From an uncultured Porphyromonadaceae bacterium (GTDB taxonomy: Bacteria; Bacteroidota; Bacteroidia; Bacteroidales; Muribaculaceae), in NCBI GenBank assembly GCA_900548705.1, contig URLF01000001.1, forward strand, positions 5,550-69,549: a DNA stretch of 64,000 bases, given 5' to 3'. The notes under the pieces are model-generated. The model saw only the letters and a program-made list of their open reading frames with translations, searched no databases and had not been told where the DNA came from. Shown in pieces: positions 30,758 through 40,109 of this stretch (position 1 is the first letter of the stretch; the number at the start of each line of letters is the position of its first letter). The position numbers and the translations under genes were made by a program.

Positions 30758-31214
30758 TGTGTGTAATTAAAATCTTAACTTGCCACGCGTAATTAATGTG
30801 AGGAAATGCCGCGTAGAAAATTCAGAATTGATTATTTCTGTAAATTTTCGATAAAATTAGGACAAATAATTGGTTCCACGAAATATTACACATTTTTTAA
30901 CATTAAAAACAGGATGAAATGGGCGTTACCGTCTGTATGTGGCGAAATATTTGATTATTTAGAATTTTGTTTGTAATTTTGCAGTCGCCTTAACTCTCTC
31001 AAATAAGAGATTGATATTATCTCTCTGATTTATTGACAATTAAGGCTAAGGTTGCCGACTGAGCCCATGTATTTGGAGATGACGGAGACCGGAATGAGAC
31101 CAACTTTGTCTTAGAACCGGTATCAATCAATATTATCCCTTCCCGGAGACAAAAACGTCGCAGGGAGGAGCTTGAGTATATTCCGTCGGCAACCGCAAAA
31201 AATGATTCCCTTAA

Positions 31215-31742
31215 ATGGATACCGCAGCTAATTGGTATGCTATAAAGACCCGAAGCGAGGCCAACACTCAGGCTTTCCTCGAAAGTATCGGGGTGAAAGT
31301 ATATGCTCCTCGCACGAATATGAGGAAAGCAGACCATAGTTCACAGATATCCAGACATTACATTATTCCACGGGTTTTGCTGATCGAAGCTTCTGAAGAG
31401 GAAGCCTTGCGCCTGGAGAAGGAAAGCAGGGGAGAGGAGCGTCCGGTTTCACCATTCTGGATTTACCGTCTACCCGGCTCAGACCATATTCAGCCTATAT
31501 CGGCAGAGGAGTTCAATCTTTTCCGGTTGCTAACAACCGATGATCCCGAAACCCAGTGTCAGATTTATTGTAAGACCGACTTCCATATCGGACAGCATGT
31601 ACGCGTGACCGCCGGCCCATTCGCTGGCTACACAGGCTACACCCGACGCATCCGCAACAACAAACATGTGGTTGTCGAAATCGAAGGCCTCTGCGCCATC
31701 GCCCTCCCCTTCATCCATCCCTCACTCCTCCAGCCTCTCTGA
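31215..31742 (+). CDS. UpxY-family (NusG/RfaH-like) transcription antiterminator, first gene of the CPS locus
   Basis: 175 aa. NGN domain start (NWYAIKTRSEANTQAFLES). C-terminal KOW-like segment (FHIGQHVRVTAGPFAGYTGYTRRIRNNKHVVVEIEG). Preceded by a roughly 450-bp leader. Confidence 0.8.
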   Translation: MDTAANWYAIKTRSEANTQAFLESIGVKVYAPRTNMRKADHSSQISRHYIIPRVLLIEASEEEALRLEKESRGEERPVSPFWIYRLPGSDHIQPISAEEFNLFRLLTTDDPETQCQIYCKTDFHIGQHVRVTAGPFAGYTGYTRRIRNNKHVVVEIEGLCAIALPFIHPSLLQPL

Positions 31743-31799
31743 TTTGCCGCAGGATACAGTAATATATATCTAACTCTTAAATTGTCTTGATTATATAGT

Positions 31800-32471
31800 A
31801 TGTTATTACAAATCCTGTTATTAATATTTCCTTGGTCTATCAGGAAACGAATTCTTCAGCGATTTTGCAATTTCGAAATCGGAAACGGAAGCACTATCGG
31901 GTTCTCTGTGATTAGAGCAAGAAAAGTAATAATAGGCACAAATTCACACATCGGTCATTTGAATTACTGTAAGGATATCGATAATTTAGAGATTGGTGAC
32001 AATTCTGTAATCGGAAACAATAACAGAATAACAGGCTTTTCAGTTGAGTCACCGACCGTAAAGTTATATGGGCATTTTTTACACATTATAAATCGAAAAT
32101 GCGAACTGGTCATAGGAGACAACGTCGGCATAACGTCAAATCATTATTTTGATTGTAATGGAGGTATTTATGTCGATGATTATGCGGAAATAGCTGGTCT
32201 GGACTCTATTTTTATGACCCATAGTATTGATTTAAAAGAATGTAGACAGGATGCCGAAGCGATTCATATTGGTAAATATTCATTTGTAGGCGCACGCGTT
32301 ACTATGCTTAAAGGAAGTTCAGTAGGTCATTGCTGCATTATTGCTGCTGGAGCAGTAGTTGATAAAGAGTTCAATGAAAATTACAGACTAATTGGAGGAG
32401 TCCCGGCTCACGACATCAAATCGGTGGAGGGTTATAAATTCTTTGAGCGCAGGGAGGCTTATGTAAGATAA
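31800..32471 (+). CDS. hexapeptide-repeat (left-handed beta-helix) acyl/acetyltransferase
   Basis: Repeated [LIV]GxxxxIGxN hexapeptides (IGTNSHIGHL, IGDNSVIGNN, IGDNVGITSN, IGKYSFVGARVTM). Confidence 0.7.
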   Translation: MLLQILLLIFPWSIRKRILQRFCNFEIGNGSTIGFSVIRARKVIIGTNSHIGHLNYCKDIDNLEIGDNSVIGNNNRITGFSVESPTVKLYGHFLHIINRKCELVIGDNVGITSNHYFDCNGGIYVDDYAEIAGLDSIFMTHSIDLKECRQDAEAIHIGKYSFVGARVTMLKGSSVGHCCIIAAGAVVDKEFNENYRLIGGVPAHDIKSVEGYKFFERREAYVR

Positions 32472-32479
32472 AAACGAAA

Positions 32480-33655
32480 GTGGCTATAACTTATGCGGTA
32501 AGCACCTCTGCAATTTTCATAAACAGCTTCAATATGTCAAATAATACGCAACCCACAAACGATTATAAGAATAATCTTAACGAATACTATAGCCGATACG
32601 GCGGCTTTTGGGTTTATCCCGAATTACTCGATTTCTGCTACCTTGTGAATCCATACTTCAAAAAATCAAAAATTATTGATGAAATGGAGGCTAATTTCAG
32701 AACTCTTGTATCTGAATATCCAGCCGGGATGACGGTAAACTCGGCTCTCGCTTCTGAGTGCTGGGGTATAAACTCCGAATATATAGTACCGGGGAACGGA
32801 GCAGCAGAGCTTATCAAAATCCTAATAGAGGACCTTGAGGGTAAATTAGGGATAATCCGACCAACGTTTGAAGAATATCCAAATAGGTTTGATAAAAACA
32901 GATTGGAGGTTTTCATTCCCAGCAACGAAGATTTCAGATATGATGAGAACGACCTAATAGATTATTTCGGCCGTCATCCCGTAGATACCATATTGTTAAT
33001 CAATCCGGATAATCCAAGCGGAAATTTCGTTTCCAAATCAGGACTCCTGACGTTGGCTGACTGGTGTCTGGCAAAAGGAGTTAAACTGATACTTGATGAG
33101 AGTTTTGTCGATTTCAGCGTCGGATTTGAGCATAACTCATGTCTATCAAATAAAATATTGGAGCGATATCATAATCTGACAGTAATAAAATCCATATCAA
33201 AAAGTTATGGTGTCCCGGGACTGAGACTTGGCATTCTATGCAGCTCTGATACAGACCTCATACACTCTATGAAAAAAAGGGTAAGCATATGGAATATCAA
33301 CTCATTTGCTGAATTTTTCATGCAAATATACCCTAAATATCGTCAGGACTATATATCGGCATGCAATCATTTCATAGAGACGCGTGACGAATTTGAACAT
33401 AACTTAAAGAAAATACCCTTTATAAGGGTAATGCCATCGCAGGCCAATTATTTTTTTATAGAAGTGTTGCCTCCATATAGCCCCACAGAGCTATGTGGAC
33501 GACTACTCAAAGAACACAATATCCTCGCCAGTGCCTGTCTAGCTAAAAAAGGGATTACCCCCGACAGGTACATGCGGATAGCCGTGCGGAATAAAGCGGA
33601 CAACAATCGATTGGCACAGGCTCTTATGTCTTTCTTTAATCACAAACATCTTTAA
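32480..33655 (+). CDS. class I/II PLP-dependent aminotransferase, HisC/CobD-like (histidinol-phosphate aminotransferase / threonine-phosphate decarboxylase family)
   Basis: Motifs VPGNGAAELI, INPDNPSGN, LDESFVDF and the PLP-lysine context IKSISKSYGVPGLRLGI. The start may instead be ATG 32534 (MSNNTQ...). Confidence 0.75.
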   Translation: MAITYAVSTSAIFINSFNMSNNTQPTNDYKNNLNEYYSRYGGFWVYPELLDFCYLVNPYFKKSKIIDEMEANFRTLVSEYPAGMTVNSALASECWGINSEYIVPGNGAAELIKILIEDLEGKLGIIRPTFEEYPNRFDKNRLEVFIPSNEDFRYDENDLIDYFGRHPVDTILLINPDNPSGNFVSKSGLLTLADWCLAKGVKLILDESFVDFSVGFEHNSCLSNKILERYHNLTVIKSISKSYGVPGLRLGILCSSDTDLIHSMKKRVSIWNINSFAEFFMQIYPKYRQDYISACNHFIETRDEFEHNLKKIPFIRVMPSQANYFFIEVLPPYSPTELCGRLLKEHNILASACLAKKGITPDRYMRIAVRNKADNNRLAQALMSFFNHKHL

Positions 33656-33721
33656 TATTGTGTAGCATTATCGCACAAGCTAAAAATATTCAATAACCCA
33701 AAAGATAAATCTACATCGATT

Positions 33722-34210
33722 ATGAAAATTCCAAAACTCATACGAAACACATCGATTTATAAGATAGTACGACAACTTTATGTTGCCCGTATAATTGGTA
33801 ATCAATTGATTAAAGCTGGAATTACAAAGTATTCGAAAATAAACCACCAATTGGTTCATTAAACGATTTTATCGATGCATCAGAAGAGACCTTGTGTCGT
33901 ATGACGAATTTTTTCATCAGTATAATTTTTATGAACGAACAGAATCAGAAAGAAAAGAATTTGTGTCTGATGTAATAATGACATTTATTACCACAGCTAT
34001 CTCACTGATAACATAAAGAGGATTTTATGGAATAAGGTAAACACACTCAAAACATTTCATTATCTGATATCGCGTAGATGGCTTCATGCAGGAGAAGCTT
34101 CTTATGTAGATTTCAAAAATCTTATAATGTAAATGATGTTATTGTCAAACCGATAGAATCAAGTTGTGGACACTGGTTTGACATTCCGTGGATTTATAAA
34201 TGTCTTTAAA
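33722..34210 (+). pseudogene. degraded remnant of a second sugar-transfer-associated ATP-grasp gene
   Basis: Three short frames with family-like fragments: MKIPKLIRNTSIYKIVRQLY.. (N-terminus); ..SYDEFFHQYNFYERTESERKEFVSDV.. (compare FYFMYGLDVKSDEERKEYMNYQ in the intact paralog at 36858); ..IVKPIESSCGHWFDIPW.. (ATP-grasp KPxxGSxG-like). The pieces are in different frames separated by stops. Confidence 0.4.
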
Positions 34211-34284
34211 GAAAGGGAATAAGACTAGATTACAACAGCTTTTAAGTTGAGATTGGTTTAGTTATATAAAGTACTCGAACATAT

Positions 34285-35733
34285 ATGTCTCATTCAAAAG
34301 TCTTTTCCGGAGTTATTTGGGCTTCTGTGCAAAGATTTGGGAATTTAGCAATCAGCTTTGTTTCCACAATGGTCATGGCAAGGCTCCTTTCGCCGAATGA
34401 ATTTGGAGTAATAGGCATGCTCATGTTTTTCTTGGCATTAGCTCAGACTTTTGTTGATAGTGGACTGGGGGCTGCACTGGTGCAGAAAAAAGAACTTGAT
34501 ATATTAGATACGAGCACGGCATTTTATATCAACATAATATTATCATCTGTACTATATTGTATTTTATTCTTATGTGCCCCGGCAATCTCAAGATTTTATA
34601 ATCTTGAGATTGTATGTCCTCTGCTTAGAGTGATGGGGCTGACACTATTTATTCAGGGGTTTACATTAGTCCAAACCTCACTATGTCAAAAGGAATTACA
34701 ATTCAAAACGCTTTCAATATGCAACCTGACCGGCTCAATCACATTAGCAATTATCGGTATATGTGCGGCTTTGGCAGGGTGTGGGGTCTGGAGTTTTGTC
34801 ATCCGGTCTTTGTCCGGCTCTTTAATATCATCCATTTTATTGTGGAAAGCCTCGAATTGGAGACCAAAATTCATTTTCAGCAGGGATAGAATGAAGCATC
34901 TATTTAATTTCGGAGGCTTTATGCTTTTATCGAGTCTGTGCATAACGATTTCTAACAATGTTCAGTCATTGGTTATCGGGAAAATGTTTTCGCCATCAAT
35001 TTTGGGCAAATTTACTCAGGCGAAAACATTAAGAAACATTCCTGCAGATAGCATCCAACAGGTAATCGGCCAAGTTTTGTTCCCTGAATTTTCCAAGCAT
35101 CAAGATCATGATGAAATAATTAAAGACAAACTTAACAAAAGTGTTTATATCCTTTCTTTTCTCGTAATTCCGATGATGTTGCTCTGCATAATTATTGCAA
35201 AACCATTGATTTTGTTTTTTTATGGAGAAAAATGGATTGAAGCTGTCCCCTATTTTCAAATTCTCTGCATAGGTGGAATCCCTTATTGTATACAAGATGT
35301 AAATATAAACGTAATAAAAGCCAAAGGCAAAAGCAGGATTCTGTTTTATCTTAATCTTGTAAAAGCCTTTGTGTTTTGTGGAATGACAATTGTAGGCGGT
35401 ATATATTATGGGTTGCAAGGACTTTTGTATATGGCCGTAATTTATAATGTCTTAGCTTATTTGTGCTTTGCTATAGTGGGCACCGGTATTATAAAGACAA
35501 ACATATGTGAACAACTAAAAGCTATTTCTAAATGCTTGTTTTACGCATGCATTCCATTTGTGGTATCAATGTATCTGAATAGCTATCTTGAAGCCTATAT
35601 GGCATTTATCCGAATCACAGTCATAAGCTTTATATATATTTCAATCTATTTATGTGTTTCTTGGATGTGTAAATCCGAGGCATTGAAATATTTGTTGCAT
35701 CAGGTCTCAATTACCCACAAAACATCAAATTGA
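34285..35733 (+). CDS. wzx: Wzx-type polysaccharide flippase (MOP/PST superfamily)
   Basis: 482 aa, about 12-14 TM helices. N-terminus VQRFGNLAISFVSTMVMARLLSPNEFGV is typical of PST-family flippases. Confidence 0.8.
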   Translation: MSHSKVFSGVIWASVQRFGNLAISFVSTMVMARLLSPNEFGVIGMLMFFLALAQTFVDSGLGAALVQKKELDILDTSTAFYINIILSSVLYCILFLCAPAISRFYNLEIVCPLLRVMGLTLFIQGFTLVQTSLCQKELQFKTLSICNLTGSITLAIIGICAALAGCGVWSFVIRSLSGSLISSILLWKASNWRPKFIFSRDRMKHLFNFGGFMLLSSLCITISNNVQSLVIGKMFSPSILGKFTQAKTLRNIPADSIQQVIGQVLFPEFSKHQDHDEIIKDKLNKSVYILSFLVIPMMLLCIIIAKPLILFFYGEKWIEAVPYFQILCIGGIPYCIQDVNINVIKAKGKSRILFYLNLVKAFVFCGMTIVGGIYYGLQGLLYMAVIYNVLAYLCFAIVGTGIIKTNICEQLKAISKCLFYACIPFVVSMYLNSYLEAYMAFIRITVISFIYISIYLCVSWMCKSEALKYLLHQVSITHKTSN

Positions 35734-35763
35734 TTGTAAGATATAATATAATTTGTAATTCAT

Positions 35764-36861
35764 ATGAAGATTGTTGCCGTTGGTGATATAATGCCAGGAG
35801 GCATTTTAAATATCAAAAAAAATGAATTTATATCTGACGAGCTCAGATGCATACTTCAACAGGGAGATATTCGAGTTGGGACACTTGAGACTGCAGTAGG
35901 AAATCGCCCTGAATTCAACGAAGAGAAAATGCGTCGCAAGGCAGATGTGATTTATGTCCGAGATGAGGATTTGGTCAGACTAAAAGACCTGGATATAAAC
36001 ATCGTATCACTTGCTAATAATCATTTTACTGATTTAGGAGAGATAGGAGCAAAGCATACTATTCGATTGCTTGACGAGATGGGGATACTTCACTGCGGGG
36101 CTGGAGATAACATCGAGAGCGCAAGTAAGCCCGCGGTAATATCCAAAAATGGGAAAACGTATGCATTCCTCGCGTTCTGTGATTGGCGTGATGAGACCGT
36201 AGGTTGGTGTCCATTTGCGACAAATAACAGCTACGGAGTCAATCCTATGACAGATGAATATGTCGTCTCCGAGATACAAAAATATAAATTGCAATATGAT
36301 TATGTAGTCGTGATTCCGCATTGGGGTATGGAATATATTATTCCTCCATCTCTAAACGCATATAGAATGGCTCAAAAGATGATTGAAGCTGGTGCTGATA
36401 TTATTCTTGGCGGGCATACTCATTGTATCCAACCAATTTGGAAATATCGAAACAGGCCTGTTGTATTCAGTATGGGTAATTTCCTATTTCCTGACAGGTT
36501 ACTTAACACCCCTCGTTCAACTTATTATCCTGATGGGGATATAAACATAGAGGAATTGCCCGTCACGTATGGCTATCCGAAATATGTCGACTGTATAACA
36601 TTCAAGAAATGGAATATGATGGCTCGTTACGGACTAATTGTCACCATTGACTTACTTGACAATTCATATTCAGTCTCAACCAACGTTTCATACCTCAGTG
36701 ATGATAATTATCTGACTTTATTCAATGAACAGATATATTATCATAAGAATATACGTCGAGCATCAAAGGCTCTTAACACAGGATTTTATCCTTTGATATA
36801 TACTACGATAACAAATCTCCTCAAGCTTAAGAATCATACCAAGAATTTGTTAAAACTATGA
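35764..36861 (+). CDS. CapA/PGA_cap-family protein (calcineurin-like metallophosphoesterase fold)
   Basis: Family motifs VAVGDIMPGG, GTLET, SLANNHFTD and IILGGHTHCIQP. Confidence 0.8.
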   Translation: MKIVAVGDIMPGGILNIKKNEFISDELRCILQQGDIRVGTLETAVGNRPEFNEEKMRRKADVIYVRDEDLVRLKDLDINIVSLANNHFTDLGEIGAKHTIRLLDEMGILHCGAGDNIESASKPAVISKNGKTYAFLAFCDWRDETVGWCPFATNNSYGVNPMTDEYVVSEIQKYKLQYDYVVVIPHWGMEYIIPPSLNAYRMAQKMIEAGADIILGGHTHCIQPIWKYRNRPVVFSMGNFLFPDRLLNTPRSTYYPDGDINIEELPVTYGYPKYVDCITFKKWNMMARYGLIVTIDLLDNSYSVSTNVSYLSDDNYLTLFNEQIYYHKNIRRASKALNTGFYPLIYTTITNLLKLKNHTKNLLKL

Positions 36862-37982
36862 GCATCTTTGATAAAATAAAACGCACTTACGATTGGGCTA
36901 TATCCAATTTATATGTTAAACCATTGCTTCTTAAGAATTTACTCAGGAATAAGCATTTGTATGACTCTTCTTCATATTACCCTGATAAAGAAGCTCGAAG
37001 TAAACGTCAGAATTTTATTTTTCAGGTGGGACAAATCATAAAATACGGTCTTGCAAATGAATTTTATTTCATGTATGGTCTTGATGTCAAGTCAGATGAA
37101 GAGCGCAAGGAATATATGAATTACCAACCATTTATGATTCGACGGAATTATCTTAATTATGAGCATAATCCTCATAACAGCACATGTATACTCCGCAATA
37201 AATTATATTTTGATATTTTTGCGAACGCAATAGGCATAACGACACCAAAAATCAGAGCATATTACTCTAATGACACACTCTACATATGGAACGACGGATT
37301 TGTCAAAACATCATTTGATGAATTATTGAATTTTAATGATGTTGAGCTGTTTTGCAAGGAAACAGAAGGTGAATGCGGTGTAGGTATATTCAGACTTGTA
37401 ATCCGCAATAATAAAGCGTATATTGAGGGGTTAGAAATATCTCCAAAAGATCTCGAAACAAAAATAAAAGGATGTGAATATATTTTCCAAGAGACTGTGT
37501 GTCAGCACCCTGAAATGTCACGTCTCTATTCGGGGAGCATCAATACAATGCGTCTCGTAACGGTAAGAAGTCTTAAAGACGAGAAAATTCACATTATGCC
37601 GTCAATACTCCGCATAGGTGCGCATGGCAGCTTTGTGGATAACACCTCACAAGGAGGACTTGCTGTTGGATTCGATTTGAATACCGGCCAACTTCATAAA
37701 TATGGATTTTATAAGCCAAAATTCGGACTTAGAACAGAGGTCCACCCCGACAGTTTGGTGAGGCTGAATGAGTTCTACATACCGATGCTTAAAGATGCTG
37801 AAGAAAAGGCCATATATTTCCATACAATGCTTAAGGATGTCCACTCTATTGGTTGGGATATTGCAATTGGGAGAACCGGACCTATATTCATTGAAGGTAA
37901 TGACAATTGGGAAATCAATGGCCCTCAGGTTGGCAATCATGGTTTGAAGAAAGAGTTTGAAGAGTATTTTTTTGAAAAATGA
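36858..37982 (+). CDS. sugar-transfer-associated ATP-grasp (ATPgrasp_ST-like) amidoligase
   Basis: N-terminal F..Y.......SEERKEY signature (FYFMYGLDVKSDEERKEYMNYQPFMIRR). ATP-grasp core (IHIMPSILRIGAHGSFVDNTSQGGLAVGFD, IGWDIAIGRTGPIFIEGN). A 4-nt overlap with capA suggests translational coupling. Confidence 0.6.
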   Translation: MSIFDKIKRTYDWAISNLYVKPLLLKNLLRNKHLYDSSSYYPDKEARSKRQNFIFQVGQIIKYGLANEFYFMYGLDVKSDEERKEYMNYQPFMIRRNYLNYEHNPHNSTCILRNKLYFDIFANAIGITTPKIRAYYSNDTLYIWNDGFVKTSFDELLNFNDVELFCKETEGECGVGIFRLVIRNNKAYIEGLEISPKDLETKIKGCEYIFQETVCQHPEMSRLYSGSINTMRLVTVRSLKDEKIHIMPSILRIGAHGSFVDNTSQGGLAVGFDLNTGQLHKYGFYKPKFGLRTEVHPDSLVRLNEFYIPMLKDAEEKAIYFHTMLKDVHSIGWDIAIGRTGPIFIEGNDNWEINGPQVGNHGLKKEFEEYFFEK

Positions 37983-38947
37983 AGATAATAACGCATCAAC
38001 AGATTAAATCTCTTGGCATAACGCCTCGTCAATGTGTCGAGTGGATTTATGAAAGTTTCTTTAATAAGAATCAGGCTCAGTTGCCGGCAAAAATAAGCGT
38101 CCACCCGAGCGACACCGATTTTTTCACATCGATGCCATGTCTGTTGCCGGAATCAGACAATCTTGAAAGCCCCCGGTATTTCGGCATCAAAGAAGTCCAC
38201 CGCATAGCGGGTGCCACTCCAAGTCTCGGGAGCGATATGATGCTTTATAATGCGCGAAATGGCGAATTATTGGCCCTTGCGGATTGCGATTGGGTTACTA
38301 CAATGCGTACAGGAGCCGTAGCTGCCGTGACAGCAAAGGCACTTCGCAAGGATGGTGCGGATGTATATGGTTTTATCGGGCTTGGCAATACTGCTCGTGC
38401 CACACTGTTATGTGTTTTGGAAGCGGAGACTCAGAAACACTTTAAAATAAAGCTTTTGAAGTATAAGAATCAGGCAGACATATTTATTGAAAGATTCCAA
38501 GCCTACAATAATGTCACATTTGATATTGTAGATACAAAGGAAGAACTTGCCGAAAAATCTGATGTACTAATAAGCTGTATCACAAGTGCTGACGGGCTGC
38601 TGTTTGAGGATGAAAGGATTTTCAAACCCGGCATAACTATAATTCCGGTTCACATGAGGGGATTTCAGAACTGTGACACGGTTTTTGATCGTGTGTTCGG
38701 TGATGACACTGACCATGTCAAAAATTTTAAGTATTTCGGAAAATTCAAGGACTTCAATGAAATAGGAGAAGTGCTTGCCGGACGTGATAAAGGACGCAAA
38801 TCTCAGCTACAAAGAATATTAGCCTACAATTACGGGCTCGCGTTACACGATGTAATATTTGTCTCAAAGATATATGAACTTGTATCTGACAGGTATGACA
38901 TCAGAGACATCGAGACAAACAAGCCAACAGATAAATTTTGGATTTAG
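37979..38947 (+). CDS. ornithine cyclodeaminase / mu-crystallin (OCD)-family NAD(P)-dependent enzyme
   Basis: Conserved OCD pattern: FTSMPCLLP, WVTTMRTGAVAAVTAKAL (T..RT.A) and Rossmann GFIGLGNTARATL. 322 aa. Overlaps the upstream ATP-grasp gene by 4 nt. Confidence 0.6.
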   Translation: MKIITHQQIKSLGITPRQCVEWIYESFFNKNQAQLPAKISVHPSDTDFFTSMPCLLPESDNLESPRYFGIKEVHRIAGATPSLGSDMMLYNARNGELLALADCDWVTTMRTGAVAAVTAKALRKDGADVYGFIGLGNTARATLLCVLEAETQKHFKIKLLKYKNQADIFIERFQAYNNVTFDIVDTKEELAEKSDVLISCITSADGLLFEDERIFKPGITIIPVHMRGFQNCDTVFDRVFGDDTDHVKNFKYFGKFKDFNEIGEVLAGRDKGRKSQLQRILAYNYGLALHDVIFVSKIYELVSDRYDIRDIETNKPTDKFWI

Positions 38948-38948
38948 G

Positions 38949-40100
38949 ATGGCGCATTTGAAAACCTCAAATGGTTTTATAAAGTATCATAACCATTTGC
39001 TCTATTTCGGCAAAAAGGTGATGAATACTAATATTATGATTGAGAATCTCAGGATTCTGTCGGTATATCTTGATAAGATAGACATCAACTGGGGTCCATG
39101 CTTCGGCACACTGATAGGGATTATCCGAAACGATGACTTCCAGCCATGGAAACCTGCATTTGACGTATATATACTCAAGGAGGACGAAGAACGTTTCAAA
39201 GACATTCTGTCGATGCTGAAAGACGAGGGGTTCAGCCTTATGCGCTATGAGCGCAGGGGACTATACTATCTCGAACGCAGGATGGAATACATCAAAGTAT
39301 TTGTACTTCATAAGATAAGCAGCGACATAAGGCACACAGGAGGCTCGGATTTCATTCATGAGAAATATCTTCAGGACACGGTTAAATGGAATTTCAAAGA
39401 CATTGAACTGAATGTTCCGGCCGAAGTCGACGAATATCTGGAATTTCAATACGGAAGTGATTGGATCGTGCCTAAACAGACCGTGTTTTACCGGCTCAAC
39501 ACATTGTCAAAATGGCTACACTGGGGCGAAACATGGATTCAGGACCATCTTCCCGATAGCATATATTACAAGTGGCTACAATATCATCGAGGCAATGATT
39601 TAAGACGATTCAAAGTCAGATGTGCTGACAATGGTTTGCCACTGCCGTCAAACGTGCAGCTCGCCAATCAAAAACCACGGAAATACCGCAGAGTGCTGAC
39701 TGTCGGAGTCTATGACTTGCTCCACAAAGGGCATGTCGAGCTTTACAGACGTGCGCGCGGGCTGGGCGATTATCTGATAGTGGCAGCCCAAGACAGTGAT
39801 TATATCCTAAAGTATAAGCCAGATGCCAAAGTGCTCAACTCGACCGATGACCGTAAGTACATGATAAAAGCCATCCGGTATGTCGATGAGGTAATCACTT
39901 ATGACGACGTGGATAAAATCGTAAAAGATGTTGATTTTGACGTATTCGTCACAGGTCCGGACCAATGCCATGCCGGATTTCAGCGTGCTATAGAATGGTG
40001 TGAAAGTCATGGACGTGAACATATAGTACTCTCTCGCACCGATGGCGTGAGCAGCAGCGAACTCAAAGCTAAAATAGCTGCCAAGACAGCAAAAAAATAA
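38949..40100 (+). CDS. fusion protein: N-terminal LicD-like domain (acidic DDD motif degenerated) plus C-terminal TagD-like cytidylyltransferase
   Basis: N-domain: GPCFGTLIGIIRNDDFQPWKPAFDVYILKEDEERF. In canonical LicD this stretch reads GTLLGAVRHGG[FY]IPWDDDIDI.MPRE, so WDDDID has become WKPAFD. C-domain: (H/T)xGH nucleotidyltransferase motif GVYDLLHKGHVELYRRA plus VFVTGPD / RTDGVSSSELK. The track's 38859 start overlaps the OCD gene, so ATG 38949 is the likely start. Confidence 0.6.
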   Translation: MAHLKTSNGFIKYHNHLLYFGKKVMNTNIMIENLRILSVYLDKIDINWGPCFGTLIGIIRNDDFQPWKPAFDVYILKEDEERFKDILSMLKDEGFSLMRYERRGLYYLERRMEYIKVFVLHKISSDIRHTGGSDFIHEKYLQDTVKWNFKDIELNVPAEVDEYLEFQYGSDWIVPKQTVFYRLNTLSKWLHWGETWIQDHLPDSIYYKWLQYHRGNDLRRFKVRCADNGLPLPSNVQLANQKPRKYRRVLTVGVYDLLHKGHVELYRRARGLGDYLIVAAQDSDYILKYKPDAKVLNSTDDRKYMIKAIRYVDEVITYDDVDKIVKDVDFDVFVTGPDQCHAGFQRAIEWCESHGREHIVLSRTDGVSSSELKAKIAAKTAKK

Positions 40101-40109
40101 GCAACGACG

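Noticed and set aside
31017-31337. 106-aa minus-strand ORF overlapping the upxY start
   Set aside because: Overlaps the well-supported UpxY N-terminus and the promoter region. No motifs.
38859-38948. Upstream extension of the LicD-like/CTase fusion ORF (track start 38859)
   Set aside because: It would overlap the OCD gene by 89 nt. An in-frame ATG at 38949, right after the OCD stop, gives a conventional arrangement.
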